This document shows, in pieces, positions 10,401-19,417 of a stretch of DNA of 64,000 nucleotides. Source of the DNA: Candidatus Kaiserbacteria bacterium. Its GTDB lineage: Bacteria; Patescibacteriota; Minisyncoccia; Phycocordibacterales; UBA2100. The notes below the pieces were generated by a model. The model had not been told where the DNA came from. It ran no database searches and worked only from the letters and a program-made list of their open reading frames with translations. The stretch lies in the NCBI GenBank assembly GCA_016217925.1, contig JACRFK010000003.1, forward strand, positions 143,656 to 207,655, read 5' to 3'. The translations under genes were made by a program, and so were the position numbers. Within the stretch, counting starts at the first letter, position 1, and each line of letters begins with the position of its first letter.

Positions 10401-10748
10401 TCATTCCGGCGTGGACAGCGCAAGCTTGTGCCACGGGATGACGTGACTTCTTCCACGCAGGAAGACGATGCATCCTTCCTCGCCTTCGTGATAGTTGCGC
10501 CGGCGATGTTCGTAGTCCTCCCGGTCGGGCACCCTCCCGACGAGAGCGGCCGGAAAATTTTCGTGCATGTACAGCAGATAGACTTTCTCGCCGTACGGCG
10601 GTCCATCCGAGCCCGTAAGGGCACGGGGGTCCGAAGGCGGGGGCGTAAATCGATAGTCGGCCGCACTGCGATTCCTTGCTGCACGACGACCGCGACCCGA
10701 ACGTCCGGCATCCGCATAGAAGTTACCCAAACCTGTCGATCTTCTCAT
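10401..10748 (-). CDS. Hypothetical protein (about 115 aa)
   Basis: SD GGAGG before MRRSTG; hairpin downstream at about 10350-10370. Confidence 0.5.
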   Translation of the reverse strand: MRRSTGLGNFYADAGRSGRGRRAARNRSAADYRFTPPPSDPRALTGSDGPPYGEKVYLLYMHENFPAALVGRVPDREDYEHRRRNYHEGEEGCIVFLRGRSHVIPWHKLALSTPE

Positions 10749-10843
10749 GACACAACCCTCCAAGTCGCTCCATGCGACTGAACCGTAAGCACCCTACAAT
10801 AAGATGAACTCCCCGTAAAGGGAGTAGTAAATTGAAAACGAAA

Positions 10844-10872
10844 CGGCGGCGGACCCCACGAGGGTCCACCGC
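10844..10872 (-). terminator. Intrinsic terminator
   Basis: GGCGGTGGACCC/GGGTCCGCCGCC stem followed by T-rich tract. Confidence 0.65.
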
Positions 10873-10932
10873 CAGTTGCCAGTTGATTGAAGATCAGTTT
10901 TTTGTAGCTCCCGCAAGATGGGGCGACCCCAT

Positions 10933-11940
10933 TCACAGGTCGCGCTCCCTTGCCTTAGGATTTTGCGTAACACCGCCGGAGTGTCCAATGGTGCCAAGAC
11001 GCTCATAGTCGAGAGTGTCAAGATCCACGGGAACAAACACTCCATACTTGTCGATGAACGCATCGATCAGCTGCAAGGCTTGGGTGCAGCTTGCCGTCAT
11101 CCTGTAAATCTGGAAATTGCGGGCCTCCAGATCGGCGGCATCGCCGACGAAGATGATTTGCTTCATCGGCACGAGCGGCCATTGCAACCGCCGCCACCAG
11201 GACATGAATTTCCCGCGGAATCCTTTGGGAATTTCATTCTTGGATAGAGATGCCTTTTCAGGGGCTAAAGGCCATTGCAACTGGCGTCGCCAATGGAACT
11301 TCAGCCCCACGTCGGTTCCGTTCGGCCCGCCCTGCTTCACATGAAGCCGGGCGAACCCTGCGTAGTAGATCTTGTCGTTCAGGCCAGCAGCAACAACTGC
11401 ATGTCGCATCTGCGGGTAGACGAGCAAGGCAAAGTCGCTGAACCGATTTCTCAAGACGAAATCCTCAGCGAAGATTTGAGCCCTGAAAGTCGCGGCAAGT
11501 TTCCCAGGACCCGCCGCCCACTCGATGATGCGACAAAGCATTTCGGCATCTTCGACGCGATATTCGTCGCCTTGCACCGCGGTGACACTGGCTGGTTTTC
11601 GACCCATCCAGTGCCGGAAGCTAACGCGGTAGTCGACCGACTCCTTGGCGGGACTTGTGAGCAAACACCTCCAAATATAAAGAATCTGGGATGTGAAGTG
11701 TCTGAAGAAGTCGTCGCCGGTGAAGTCGGGGGTTGCGCGAAGTCGGATGGCCTGCGAAAGGCGGTCCCGAATTGCCGTCGCCGTGATACGTTGGATCGCA
11801 ACTTTGGCGACATATTCGGGGCCGGTTAAACAAGCCGGTGTTGACGACGTTTCGTAGAACTTTGCTTGGATGGCTTCAGCGAAACCGGACGACGAAGTGA
11901 TTGGCCCTTTCGCCAGATCCCTCATTAGGTTTTGAATCAT
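10933..11940 (-). CDS. Hypothetical protein (335 aa)
   Basis: Long ORF, purine-rich RBS, TTGACA upstream, terminator downstream. Confidence 0.7.
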   Translation of the reverse strand: MIQNLMRDLAKGPITSSSGFAEAIQAKFYETSSTPACLTGPEYVAKVAIQRITATAIRDRLSQAIRLRATPDFTGDDFFRHFTSQILYIWRCLLTSPAKESVDYRVSFRHWMGRKPASVTAVQGDEYRVEDAEMLCRIIEWAAGPGKLAATFRAQIFAEDFVLRNRFSDFALLVYPQMRHAVVAAGLNDKIYYAGFARLHVKQGGPNGTDVGLKFHWRRQLQWPLAPEKASLSKNEIPKGFRGKFMSWWRRLQWPLVPMKQIIFVGDAADLEARNFQIYRMTASCTQALQLIDAFIDKYGVFVPVDLDTLDYERLGTIGHSGGVTQNPKARERDL

Positions 11941-12065
11941 AGCCCCTTGTTTCCTCTACTGGGGTTGCACTGATTGTGGGCTACGCACTCACGCTTACTG
12001 TTACGCTACACTACAATATTAACAGCTAGTATAATGCCTCTTTAAAGCTCATTTGTCAACTTCGG

Positions 12066-12986
12066 TCAGAGGACAGCGGCTTCCTCGTGAAGCTCGACGC
12101 CAAATTGCGATTTGACCGCCTCTTTTACCTCTTCCGCAAGCTGTCTGACATTCTCAGCCGTGGCATTTCTTTGGTTCACGAGGTAATTTGGATGTTGGAG
12201 CGATGCTATTGCGCCGCCTACCGTCGCGCCTTTCATGCCCGCCTTTTCGATAAGCCAACCCGCGGGGACTCTTCCCTCGCGGGATTTCGTCTGCTTTTCA
12301 CGCTCGAACATTGCGACGATTTCCGCGGGCGCCGTGGGATTCATAAAGTAGGAACCAGCAGCACGCACATTCTGCAAATGCCGTCTTTCCCGCTCTGCAA
12401 TAGTTTCGTCGGCGAGTTTTGCGCTCACTGTGGGGTCAACTTTTTCAAGGCGGATAAAGACGCGTGTGATTATCCATTCCGGATGGTCTTTGAAAAAGCT
12501 GTGGCGATATGAAAAATCACATTCTTGATTCACAAAATCTTTTATCTCGCCTGTTTCGGAATTGAGTGCACGTACATTTGTCACAAAATCTTTTATCTCC
12601 GGCCCGAACGCTCCCGCATTGCCGCGCACCGCCCCCCCGATAGTGCCCGGAATACCCGCGAGCTTCTCCCATCCACCCCAGCCCTGGGCACCAAGAGCCC
12701 GCATCGCCGAGAGGAGATTCGTCCCCGCCCACGAATCCACAGCGCCATTGTTGCAAGCATACAGGTCACCGCGAAGCCTCACGACGAGCGCGTCGATTCC
12801 TTCGTCGGGTATGAGCACGTTGCTCCCGCCGCCGAGAATTACAACTCTGAGTTTATTGTCTGCCGCCCACGCGAGCGCCTCGCGGATATCCGCCTCCGTG
12901 CGCACGCTCAGCAAATATTTTGCAGGCCCCCCAATCTCAAAAGTTGTAAGGGAAGCAAGTAGGACGTTTTCTTTGACCTTCTGCAT
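12066..12986 (-). CDS. murB: UDP-N-acetylenolpyruvoylglucosamine reductase
   Basis: TTFEIGGPA, GGGSNVL, GIPGTIGGA, AGSYFMNP motifs. Confidence 0.95.
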   Translation of the reverse strand: MQKVKENVLLASLTTFEIGGPAKYLLSVRTEADIREALAWAADNKLRVVILGGGSNVLIPDEGIDALVVRLRGDLYACNNGAVDSWAGTNLLSAMRALGAQGWGGWEKLAGIPGTIGGAVRGNAGAFGPEIKDFVTNVRALNSETGEIKDFVNQECDFSYRHSFFKDHPEWIITRVFIRLEKVDPTVSAKLADETIAERERRHLQNVRAAGSYFMNPTAPAEIVAMFEREKQTKSREGRVPAGWLIEKAGMKGATVGGAIASLQHPNYLVNQRNATAENVRQLAEEVKEAVKSQFGVELHEEAAVL

Positions 12987-12987
12987 A

Positions 12988-15051
12988 TTATTTCTTCTTT
13001 CTGTTTTTCTCCTCCAGCTTCTGTATTTCATCACGAATAAGCGCGGCTGTCTCGAAATCAAGTTTGTCAGCCGCTTCGTGCATCTGATTGCGCTTGTCTT
13101 TTATGAGCTTCCTGATGTCCCCTCCGTATGCAGCTTTATCCATCTCCGCAAGCTCGCTCACCGCGCGCTTGCGGCTTCGCTCGATGTCGCCAACGATGTC
13201 GTGAATGCGTTTCTCTATCGTCTTCGGCGTGATGTGATGTTTTTTGTTGTACGCCTCCTGTATCGCACGCCGCCTGTTGGTCTCGCCTATCGCACGCCCC
13301 AAGGAGCCCGTCATCAGATCGGCGTAAAGAATGACGCGGCCCCTGACGTTCCTCGCCGCGCGACCGATAGTCTGGATGAGCGAAGTGTCACTGCGCAAAA
13401 ATCCCTCTTTATCAGCGTCTAGAATTGCGACCAGTTCGACTTCCGGCAGGTCCAAGCCTTCACGCAACAAGTTCACGCCGACGAGCACGTCGAAGGTTCC
13501 TTTGCGGAAATCGGTAAGGATTTCGATGCGGTCAATAGTTTTCACATCACTGTGCACGTAGCGTGCTTTTATTTTCTTCTCGACGAGGAACTGCGTGAGG
13601 TCTTCCGCCATCTTTTTGGTCAGCACCGTCACCATGGAGCGCGCACCGCTTTTCGTCACCGCTTCGGCTTCTGCAATAAAATCTTTGACCTGCCCTTCAT
13701 AATCCGTGCCACTTACGATGGGGCGGACGACAATTTGCGGATCGACGAGGCCCGTCGGGCGGATCACCTGGGAAATCGGCTCGCCGCTGTGTTCGAGCTC
13801 AAATTTGCCCGGAGTCGCCGAGGTGTAGATGGTTTGTCCTGTGCGCTCCTGAAATTCAGCAAAGTTGAGCGGACGGTTGTCGACGGCACTCGGAAGCCGG
13901 AAACCGTGTTCGACGAGCGTATCCTTGCGCGCCCGATCTCCCGCATACATACCACCGATCTGCGAGACGGTCACGTGCGATTCGTCAATGACGGTGAGGA
14001 AACCTGCCCCGTTAGAGGCGATGCCTCTAACGGGGTCCGGAAATAACTTTGCACAGGCGTGAAAGTAATCAATCAAGGTATACGGCGGCTCCCCGGGCTT
14101 TCGCCTGTCGAAATGACGCGAGTAGTTCTCGATACCGTTGCAAAATCCGAATTCGCGTATCATCCCTATGTCCTGGCGCGTGCGACGTTTGAGACGCTCA
14201 GCTTCAAGGATTTTCCCTTCGCCGTTGAATTTCTTAAGTTGTTCCGCAAGTTCAATTTCAATATCCGCAAGCGCCGCCTCCAACACATCTTTGGGGGTTA
14301 CGTACTGACGTGCGGGAAAAATAAACATTGCATCGTGCTTCGCACCCAGTTTGCGCGTCATCGCGTCCACTTCCTCGATTTTCGCGATTTTTCCGCCCGT
14401 GAGGTCGACGCGGTAGATGACGCGTTCGCTCGCGGGCATGATCTCAACGGTAGCGCCAAGCGCACGAAATGTCCCCGGCGAAAGCTCGCCCGCGGTGCGC
14501 TCGAAATAGATAGAGACGAGTTTGCGCGACAGGTGGCTGCGCGTCATCTGTTCGCCCTTCGTCAGTTTGAGATTTACTTTTTGATATTCGATAGGGCTGC
14601 CTAAACCGTAGATGCAGGAGACGGATGCGACGACGATGACGTCCTTGCGCGTGAGGAGGGCCTGTGTCGCTGCGTGCCGCAGGCGTTCGATGTCTTCATT
14701 TATCATCGCTTCCTTCTCGATATACGTATCAGTAACCGGCATGTACGCTTCCGGCTGGTAGTAATCGTAGTAGGAGACGAAATAATGCACCGCGGCGTCG
14801 GGAAAGAAATCGCGGTACTCGGCGGCGAGCTGCGCCGCGAGTGTTTTGTTGTGCGCGATGACGAGCGTCGGTCTCTGCACTTTTTCAACGACATTGGCAA
14901 TGGTGAAGGTCTTGCCGGAACCTGTAACCCCCAAAAGCGTCTGGTCACGTGTACCCGTTTTCAGACTTTTTACGAGCGCAGAAATAGCCTCCGGCTGATC
15001 GCCGCCAGGCCGATAGTCGCTTTTTAGCTTGAATACGCCGCCTGATTTCAT
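12988..15051 (-). CDS. uvrB: Excinuclease ABC subunit B
   Basis: GVTGSGKT, YFVSYYDYYQPEAY, DESH, C-terminal UVR domain. Confidence 0.97.
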   Translation of the reverse strand: MKSGGVFKLKSDYRPGGDQPEAISALVKSLKTGTRDQTLLGVTGSGKTFTIANVVEKVQRPTLVIAHNKTLAAQLAAEYRDFFPDAAVHYFVSYYDYYQPEAYMPVTDTYIEKEAMINEDIERLRHAATQALLTRKDVIVVASVSCIYGLGSPIEYQKVNLKLTKGEQMTRSHLSRKLVSIYFERTAGELSPGTFRALGATVEIMPASERVIYRVDLTGGKIAKIEEVDAMTRKLGAKHDAMFIFPARQYVTPKDVLEAALADIEIELAEQLKKFNGEGKILEAERLKRRTRQDIGMIREFGFCNGIENYSRHFDRRKPGEPPYTLIDYFHACAKLFPDPVRGIASNGAGFLTVIDESHVTVSQIGGMYAGDRARKDTLVEHGFRLPSAVDNRPLNFAEFQERTGQTIYTSATPGKFELEHSGEPISQVIRPTGLVDPQIVVRPIVSGTDYEGQVKDFIAEAEAVTKSGARSMVTVLTKKMAEDLTQFLVEKKIKARYVHSDVKTIDRIEILTDFRKGTFDVLVGVNLLREGLDLPEVELVAILDADKEGFLRSDTSLIQTIGRAARNVRGRVILYADLMTGSLGRAIGETNRRRAIQEAYNKKHHITPKTIEKRIHDIVGDIERSRKRAVSELAEMDKAAYGGDIRKLIKDKRNQMHEAADKLDFETAALIRDEIQKLEEKNRKKK
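14007..14035. repeat. Minimal CCCCGTTAGAGGC palindrome in-frame in uvrB
   Basis: Same 13-bp arms as the 1577-1657 element with a 3-nt loop; encodes PVRGIASNG. Confidence 0.85.
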
Positions 15052-15149
15052 ACACAACAATGAAATGAGTCCCGCCCCGTAGGAAGCTGCGCTTTCCTAC
15101 CGGGGTCGCCGGCGGGCTTGTAGGCCGCCTTCAGTTTGAACTTACTCAT
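15048..15149 (-). pseudogene. Relic uvrB 5' end forming a 33-aa uORF
   Basis: MSKFKLKAAYKPAGD resembles the uvrB N-terminus FKLKSDYRPGGD; interrupted by a palindrome; TGA overlaps the uvrB ATG. Confidence 0.75.
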
Positions 15150-15178
15150 CGGGACACTGTACAGGATTGGGCCCATAT

Positions 15179-15215
15179 AAAAAAGTCGGTCGGCGCCTCG
15201 CACGAGGCGCCGACC
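15179..15215 (-). terminator. Intrinsic terminator
   Basis: GGTCGGCGCCTCG/CGAGGCGCCGACC stem followed by T6. Confidence 0.8.
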
Positions 15216-15249
15216 AGTGCAAGACGGAACAGCTCTCGAGCGGCTGTCC

Positions 15250-15429
15250 TTATTGCTGCTGCGCGACGATCCGGGCGCACGGATCACTGCATACCCAGAC
15301 TTCCTTCTTCGACCCGCCTTCGCAGGTCATCGGAACCATCTTTCCCGTTCCAATTTTGAAGCGCCGACAACAGCGCGGCGCTTGGCAATACGAAACGGGT
15401 GTTTTGTCGTCTTCTTTGGTCGCCGACAT
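15250..15429 (-). CDS. Small Cys-rich protein (59 aa, not in the ORF track)
   Basis: MSATKEDDKTPVSYCQAPRCCRRF...VCSDPCARIVAQQQ; SD AAGGAGG; terminator downstream. Confidence 0.65.
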   Translation of the reverse strand: MSATKEDDKTPVSYCQAPRCCRRFKIGTGKMVPMTCEGGSKKEVWVCSDPCARIVAQQQ

Positions 15430-15569
15430 TCACGGCCTCCTTGGCCATAGTTCGAGGTTGCGTTGGAACAAACAAGAGCATCGCGCAGGTACTGTATACG
15501 CCACATTTCCGTACGCGAAGCGGGTACTATATCCGCTTCGTTTAAATTTTCAATATGGGCTGCTGTGGA

Positions 15570-16817
15570 TTACTTCAACATTAAAACACACACGTGCTTT
15601 TTGCCGCGTTTCAGGAGCGCTACGCCGTTGAAGAAATCTCCGGCTGCGAGCATGCTTTCTTCGTCGGTAACGACCTCTCCGTTCAAGTTGACGGCTTTAT
15701 CCTTGAGGAAAAGACGCGCCTCGCGCTTGGAGCTGGCAAGCTTGGCCCTTACAAGCACATCTACCAGCAGCTCACCTGTGCCGACTTCCTGCGATGGAGC
15801 AGAACTTTTCAACATCGAAAACGCGGTATCGTCGAGGTCTTTGAGGCCCGCGTCGTCGAAGAGTACGCTCGAAACTCTCTCCACGGTCTCCGCCGTCTCC
15901 GCTCCGTGCGCGAGCGTCGTGACCTCACGGGCCAAGAGATGCTGCGCGTGATGTTCCTTGTGGTCACGGCGATGCATTTCCATTACGGCCTCTATCTCCA
16001 TATCAGAAAGCAGAGTGAATATCTTGAGGTGGTCAACGACACTCTCATCGCTTACTCCGAGCCAGAATTGATAAAACGCGTACTGCGAGGTTTTTTCCGC
16101 GTCGAGCCAGACCGCATTGCCCTCGCTTTTGCCGAATTTCTTGCCGCTCGCTTTGTCGGTGATGATGGGGATGGTGAGCGCGTAGGCGGTCTTATTCTCC
16201 TTGCGCCGTATGAGCTCGACTCCGGCAACGATGTTGCCCCACTGGTCTGAACCGCCTATTTGTACGTCGCATTTATGTTTCTTGAACAAGTGCCAAAAGT
16301 CATACGCTTGCAAAAGCGGATACGAAAATTCGGTGAACGAGATGCCCTCATCGCTCTTCATACGCGCCGAGATGGCGTCTTTCTTGATGAGAGAATTGAC
16401 CGTGAAATATTTTCCCGTATCGCGCAGAAATGATATGAGGTCAAGTTTACCGAGCCAGTCGTGATTGTTGACGAGTTGCACTTCGATGCCGCCGAGTATC
16501 TTCTCCGCCTGTGCTTTGAGCTTCTGCGAACGCACGGTAATCTCCTCGATGCTCAAGAGCGGCCGCTCCACATCGGGCTTCGGGTCGCCTATCATGCCGG
16601 TGCCTCCCCCGATGAGAAGGATTACCTTGTGCCCTGCGTCGGCAAAGCGGCGCAGAAGCATGTACGCGGCCAAATTGCCCACATGTATTGAATCGGCCGT
16701 CGGGTCTACGCCGAGGTAAACAGTGCGCTTTTTGCCGTCTGTTATCTCTTCAAGAGTCTCAGAAGAATGCTGATATACGTACCCTCGCTCTTTCAAGATT
16801 TCCGACAGTTTTGCCAT
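15570..16817 (-). CDS. tyrS: Tyrosine--tRNA ligase
   Basis: HVGN, QIGGSDQWGN, KFGKS, S4 tail. Confidence 0.97.
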   Translation of the reverse strand: MAKLSEILKERGYVYQHSSETLEEITDGKKRTVYLGVDPTADSIHVGNLAAYMLLRRFADAGHKVILLIGGGTGMIGDPKPDVERPLLSIEEITVRSQKLKAQAEKILGGIEVQLVNNHDWLGKLDLISFLRDTGKYFTVNSLIKKDAISARMKSDEGISFTEFSYPLLQAYDFWHLFKKHKCDVQIGGSDQWGNIVAGVELIRRKENKTAYALTIPIITDKASGKKFGKSEGNAVWLDAEKTSQYAFYQFWLGVSDESVVDHLKIFTLLSDMEIEAVMEMHRRDHKEHHAQHLLAREVTTLAHGAETAETVERVSSVLFDDAGLKDLDDTAFSMLKSSAPSQEVGTGELLVDVLVRAKLASSKREARLFLKDKAVNLNGEVVTDEESMLAAGDFFNGVALLKRGKKHVCVLMLK

Positions 16818-16835
16818 GCGGAAAATATACCATAC

Positions 16836-17225
16836 CTATAGGCCGTCGCGTTTGTGCTCACGGTCCTGCACCTCATGCTCGTCCATGCCAAAATGATGCG
16901 CAAATTCGTGCCAAATCGTCTCAGCGACGACCTGGGCGACTGGAATCCCGTCCTCTTCGGCCGCGTCTTCGATGGGAACTTGATACAGGGTGATGGTGTC
17001 AGGCAAGGTGATACCTACACCGTATTCTTCTCCGCGTACCGAAAGTGGAATTCCTTTATAGAGTCCTAGCAGTATCTCGTCGTCATCGAGTCCCTCCGCT
17101 TCCCTGTCTTCCTGCGAAGGCTCGTCCTCGACGAGCAAGGCCACATTTTTTATTTTCTCCCGCACCCACTGCGGCAGCTTCTCGTAGCCTTCGGCGACCA
17201 GTTTTTCAAAATCTTCCCGATTCAT
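16836..17225 (-). CDS. Zincin-like metallopeptidase family protein
   Basis: LLGLYxG...PDTITLYQ...HEFAHHFG. Confidence 0.85.
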   Translation of the reverse strand: MNREDFEKLVAEGYEKLPQWVREKIKNVALLVEDEPSQEDREAEGLDDDEILLGLYKGIPLSVRGEEYGVGITLPDTITLYQVPIEDAAEEDGIPVAQVVAETIWHEFAHHFGMDEHEVQDREHKRDGL

Positions 17226-17332
17226 TTACGAACTATATCAAAAACTAAGAGAGCCGGGGCATTCGCGCCTCGGCCCTCCACTTTTGGTTTTGGTCTCAAG
17301 GTGACCATGACCTTCGAGGATGCCGTCGGCAA

Positions 17333-17677
17333 TTACGAGCCGAAGAATCTCCGCCACAGCGCGAGCTCGTCGGCAACCGGTTCTTGGAATTTCCATGCCC
17401 GGTCAGCGTACATCGCAAGCGTCGTCAGCTTGCCACCTTTCTCGTAAACCGCGAAGGTTCCGCGATTGACGTCGTCCCACCGAAGGTTGCCGTGGTAGTG
17501 GACCGTCTTCGCATTTGTGTTGACGCGCACGAGTTGGTCTTTGCCGGCAACTTGGGCTTGGACGAAGCGGACGCTGTTGTCGGCCTGTGGAGCTGGTAAG
17601 ACGGCCTTCAGACCGCCAAGGCCAAACAGGACCGCGACCAACATGAACATTGGACTCGTGAATAACCTGCGGAACAT
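17333..17677 (-). CDS. Hypothetical secreted or membrane-anchored protein
   Basis: SD GAGGAGG; N-terminal hydrophobic segment. Confidence 0.65.
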   Translation of the reverse strand: MFRRLFTSPMFMLVAVLFGLGGLKAVLPAPQADNSVRFVQAQVAGKDQLVRVNTNAKTVHYHGNLRWDDVNRGTFAVYEKGGKLTTLAMYADRAWKFQEPVADELALWRRFFGS

Positions 17678-17772
17678 GGATATCCTCCTCTCGTTCCAGT
17701 AGCGGGCCTCCCCGCTACATGCGGCGAATATACAGGGAATTGAGAGAATATTCAAACTCAAAAAATCCCTCG

Positions 17773-18303
17773 CTATTGCTTCACCAGCTCCGCAAAGCGC
17801 TTTTTTACTTTCTCGATTTTGGGCTCGATGATGAGTTGGCAGTATGGGGCGCTTGTGTTCGATTTGTAGTAGTCCTGATGATAGGACTCTGCGGGAAAGA
17901 ATTTCTTGAGCGGTAAAATCTCTGTTACAACACGGCTGCCGTCCTTCAGGCTTTCTTGTATTTCTTGAATCTTGGCTCGTGCCTCTTGTTTCTCATTTTC
18001 GTCCCCAACGAAAATGATTGAGCGGTACTGTTCTCCCACGTCCGCGCCCTGCCTGTTGGGCGTCGTCGGGTCGTGCGAGCCGAAAAATACGGTGAGCAAG
18101 TCTTCGTATGAAATCACTGCAGGGTCGTAGGTGACGCGAATGACTTCCGCGTGTCCGGTATTCCCGCTCGAAACCGCCTCGTACGACGGATTATCCATTT
18201 TGCCGCCGGCGTATCCTGATTCTACTTTCGACACCCCCTTCAGCATTTGAAAAATCGCCTCCGTACACCAGAAGCAACCCCCTCCGAAAACAGCTGTACT
18301 CAT
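17773..18303 (-). CDS. msrA: Peptide-methionine (S)-S-oxide reductase
   Basis: GGCFWC and AESYHQDY motifs. Confidence 0.95.
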   Translation of the reverse strand: MSTAVFGGGCFWCTEAIFQMLKGVSKVESGYAGGKMDNPSYEAVSSGNTGHAEVIRVTYDPAVISYEDLLTVFFGSHDPTTPNRQGADVGEQYRSIIFVGDENEKQEARAKIQEIQESLKDGSRVVTEILPLKKFFPAESYHQDYYKSNTSAPYCQLIIEPKIEKVKKRFAELVKQ

Positions 18304-18369
18304 AGTGCTATTCTAGCAAAAATTGAAGTTAAGGGGCGTTTCGCGCTATAGTACGATGGTTAATCCATC

Positions 18370-19371
18370 ATGACAAAAGCCATCCGCATCCACGAGAACG
18401 GCGGGCCGGAGGTGCTGCGCTTCGAGGACTACGAGGTGCTGCCGCCGGGTCCTGGAGAAGCCCGCGTGCGTCAGACCGCAATCGGCATCAACTTTTCCGA
18501 CATCAACGTGCGTCGCGGCGGTTTCTACACAGCACGGCCGGCGCAATTTCCCCTAATCCTCGGCAACGAGGCCGCCGGCGTGGTCACTAGCGTAGGACCG
18601 GGCGTGACCGGTGTCACGCCCGGCGACCGCGTCGCCTATGCGGGCATGACGGCCGAATTTTTCGAGCGCACCGGTGCCTATGCGGAGGAGCGCAACGTCC
18701 CTGCCGAGCGGCTCCTCAAACTGCCGGCGACGCTGTCGGATCAGCAGGCTGCCGGCATGATGGCAAAAGGCTTCACGGCCTCCCTCATCATCAATCACGT
18801 CTACCGGCCGAAGGTAGGCGACACCATCTTGATCCACGCGGCGGCCTCGGGCGTCGGCCTTGTCCTTACACAGTGGGCAAAGTATCTCGGCGCAAGCGTC
18901 ATCGGCACGGTCGGCTCGTCTGAAAAGGCCCGGATCGCCAAGGCGCACGGCTGCGACCACACGGTTCTCTATCGCGAGGTGGATTTCGTCGACGCCGTGA
19001 AGGACATCGCGCCGCCAGGCGTCGCGGCGGTGTTCGACGGCGTCGGTAAGGACACGTTCGTGTCCTCCTTACGATGCGTGCGGCCCTTCGGCATGCTCGT
19101 AAACTACGGCAATGCGTCGGGGCGGGTGCCACCGATAGATCTTCTCAAACTCTCCGAAGGCGGCTCGCTCTCGGTCTGCCGCCCGGCACTGAGTACGCTC
19201 ACCGGCAATGTCGCACTCATGCGTGCGGCGGCGGCGGAACTGTTCGATCTCGTCGGCCGCGGCGTCTTCAGGATCAGAATCAGCGGCACTTATGCGCTGC
19301 GGGATGCCGCGGCGGCGCATCGTGACATCGAAGCACGGGCACATGCGGGCTCGGTGCTGCTGTTGCCGTGA
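18370..19371 (+). CDS. qor: NADPH:quinone oxidoreductase (zeta-crystallin/MDR family)
   Basis: GGPEVL, HAAASGVG, FDGVGKDTF, YGNASG motifs. Confidence 0.88.
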   Translation: MTKAIRIHENGGPEVLRFEDYEVLPPGPGEARVRQTAIGINFSDINVRRGGFYTARPAQFPLILGNEAAGVVTSVGPGVTGVTPGDRVAYAGMTAEFFERTGAYAEERNVPAERLLKLPATLSDQQAAGMMAKGFTASLIINHVYRPKVGDTILIHAAASGVGLVLTQWAKYLGASVIGTVGSSEKARIAKAHGCDHTVLYREVDFVDAVKDIAPPGVAAVFDGVGKDTFVSSLRCVRPFGMLVNYGNASGRVPPIDLLKLSEGGSLSVCRPALSTLTGNVALMRAAAAELFDLVGRGVFRIRISGTYALRDAAAAHRDIEARAHAGSVLLLP

Positions 19372-19417
19372 AGCGGCGGCGTCACCGGAGCGCTGGTTCA
19401 TTTCGCTATCGCCGTGT

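Noticed and set aside
10288-10473. Extended N-termini given by the ORF track for uvrA, tkt, murB, lysS, dgkA and others
   Set aside because: Homology and -10 placement favour downstream ATGs
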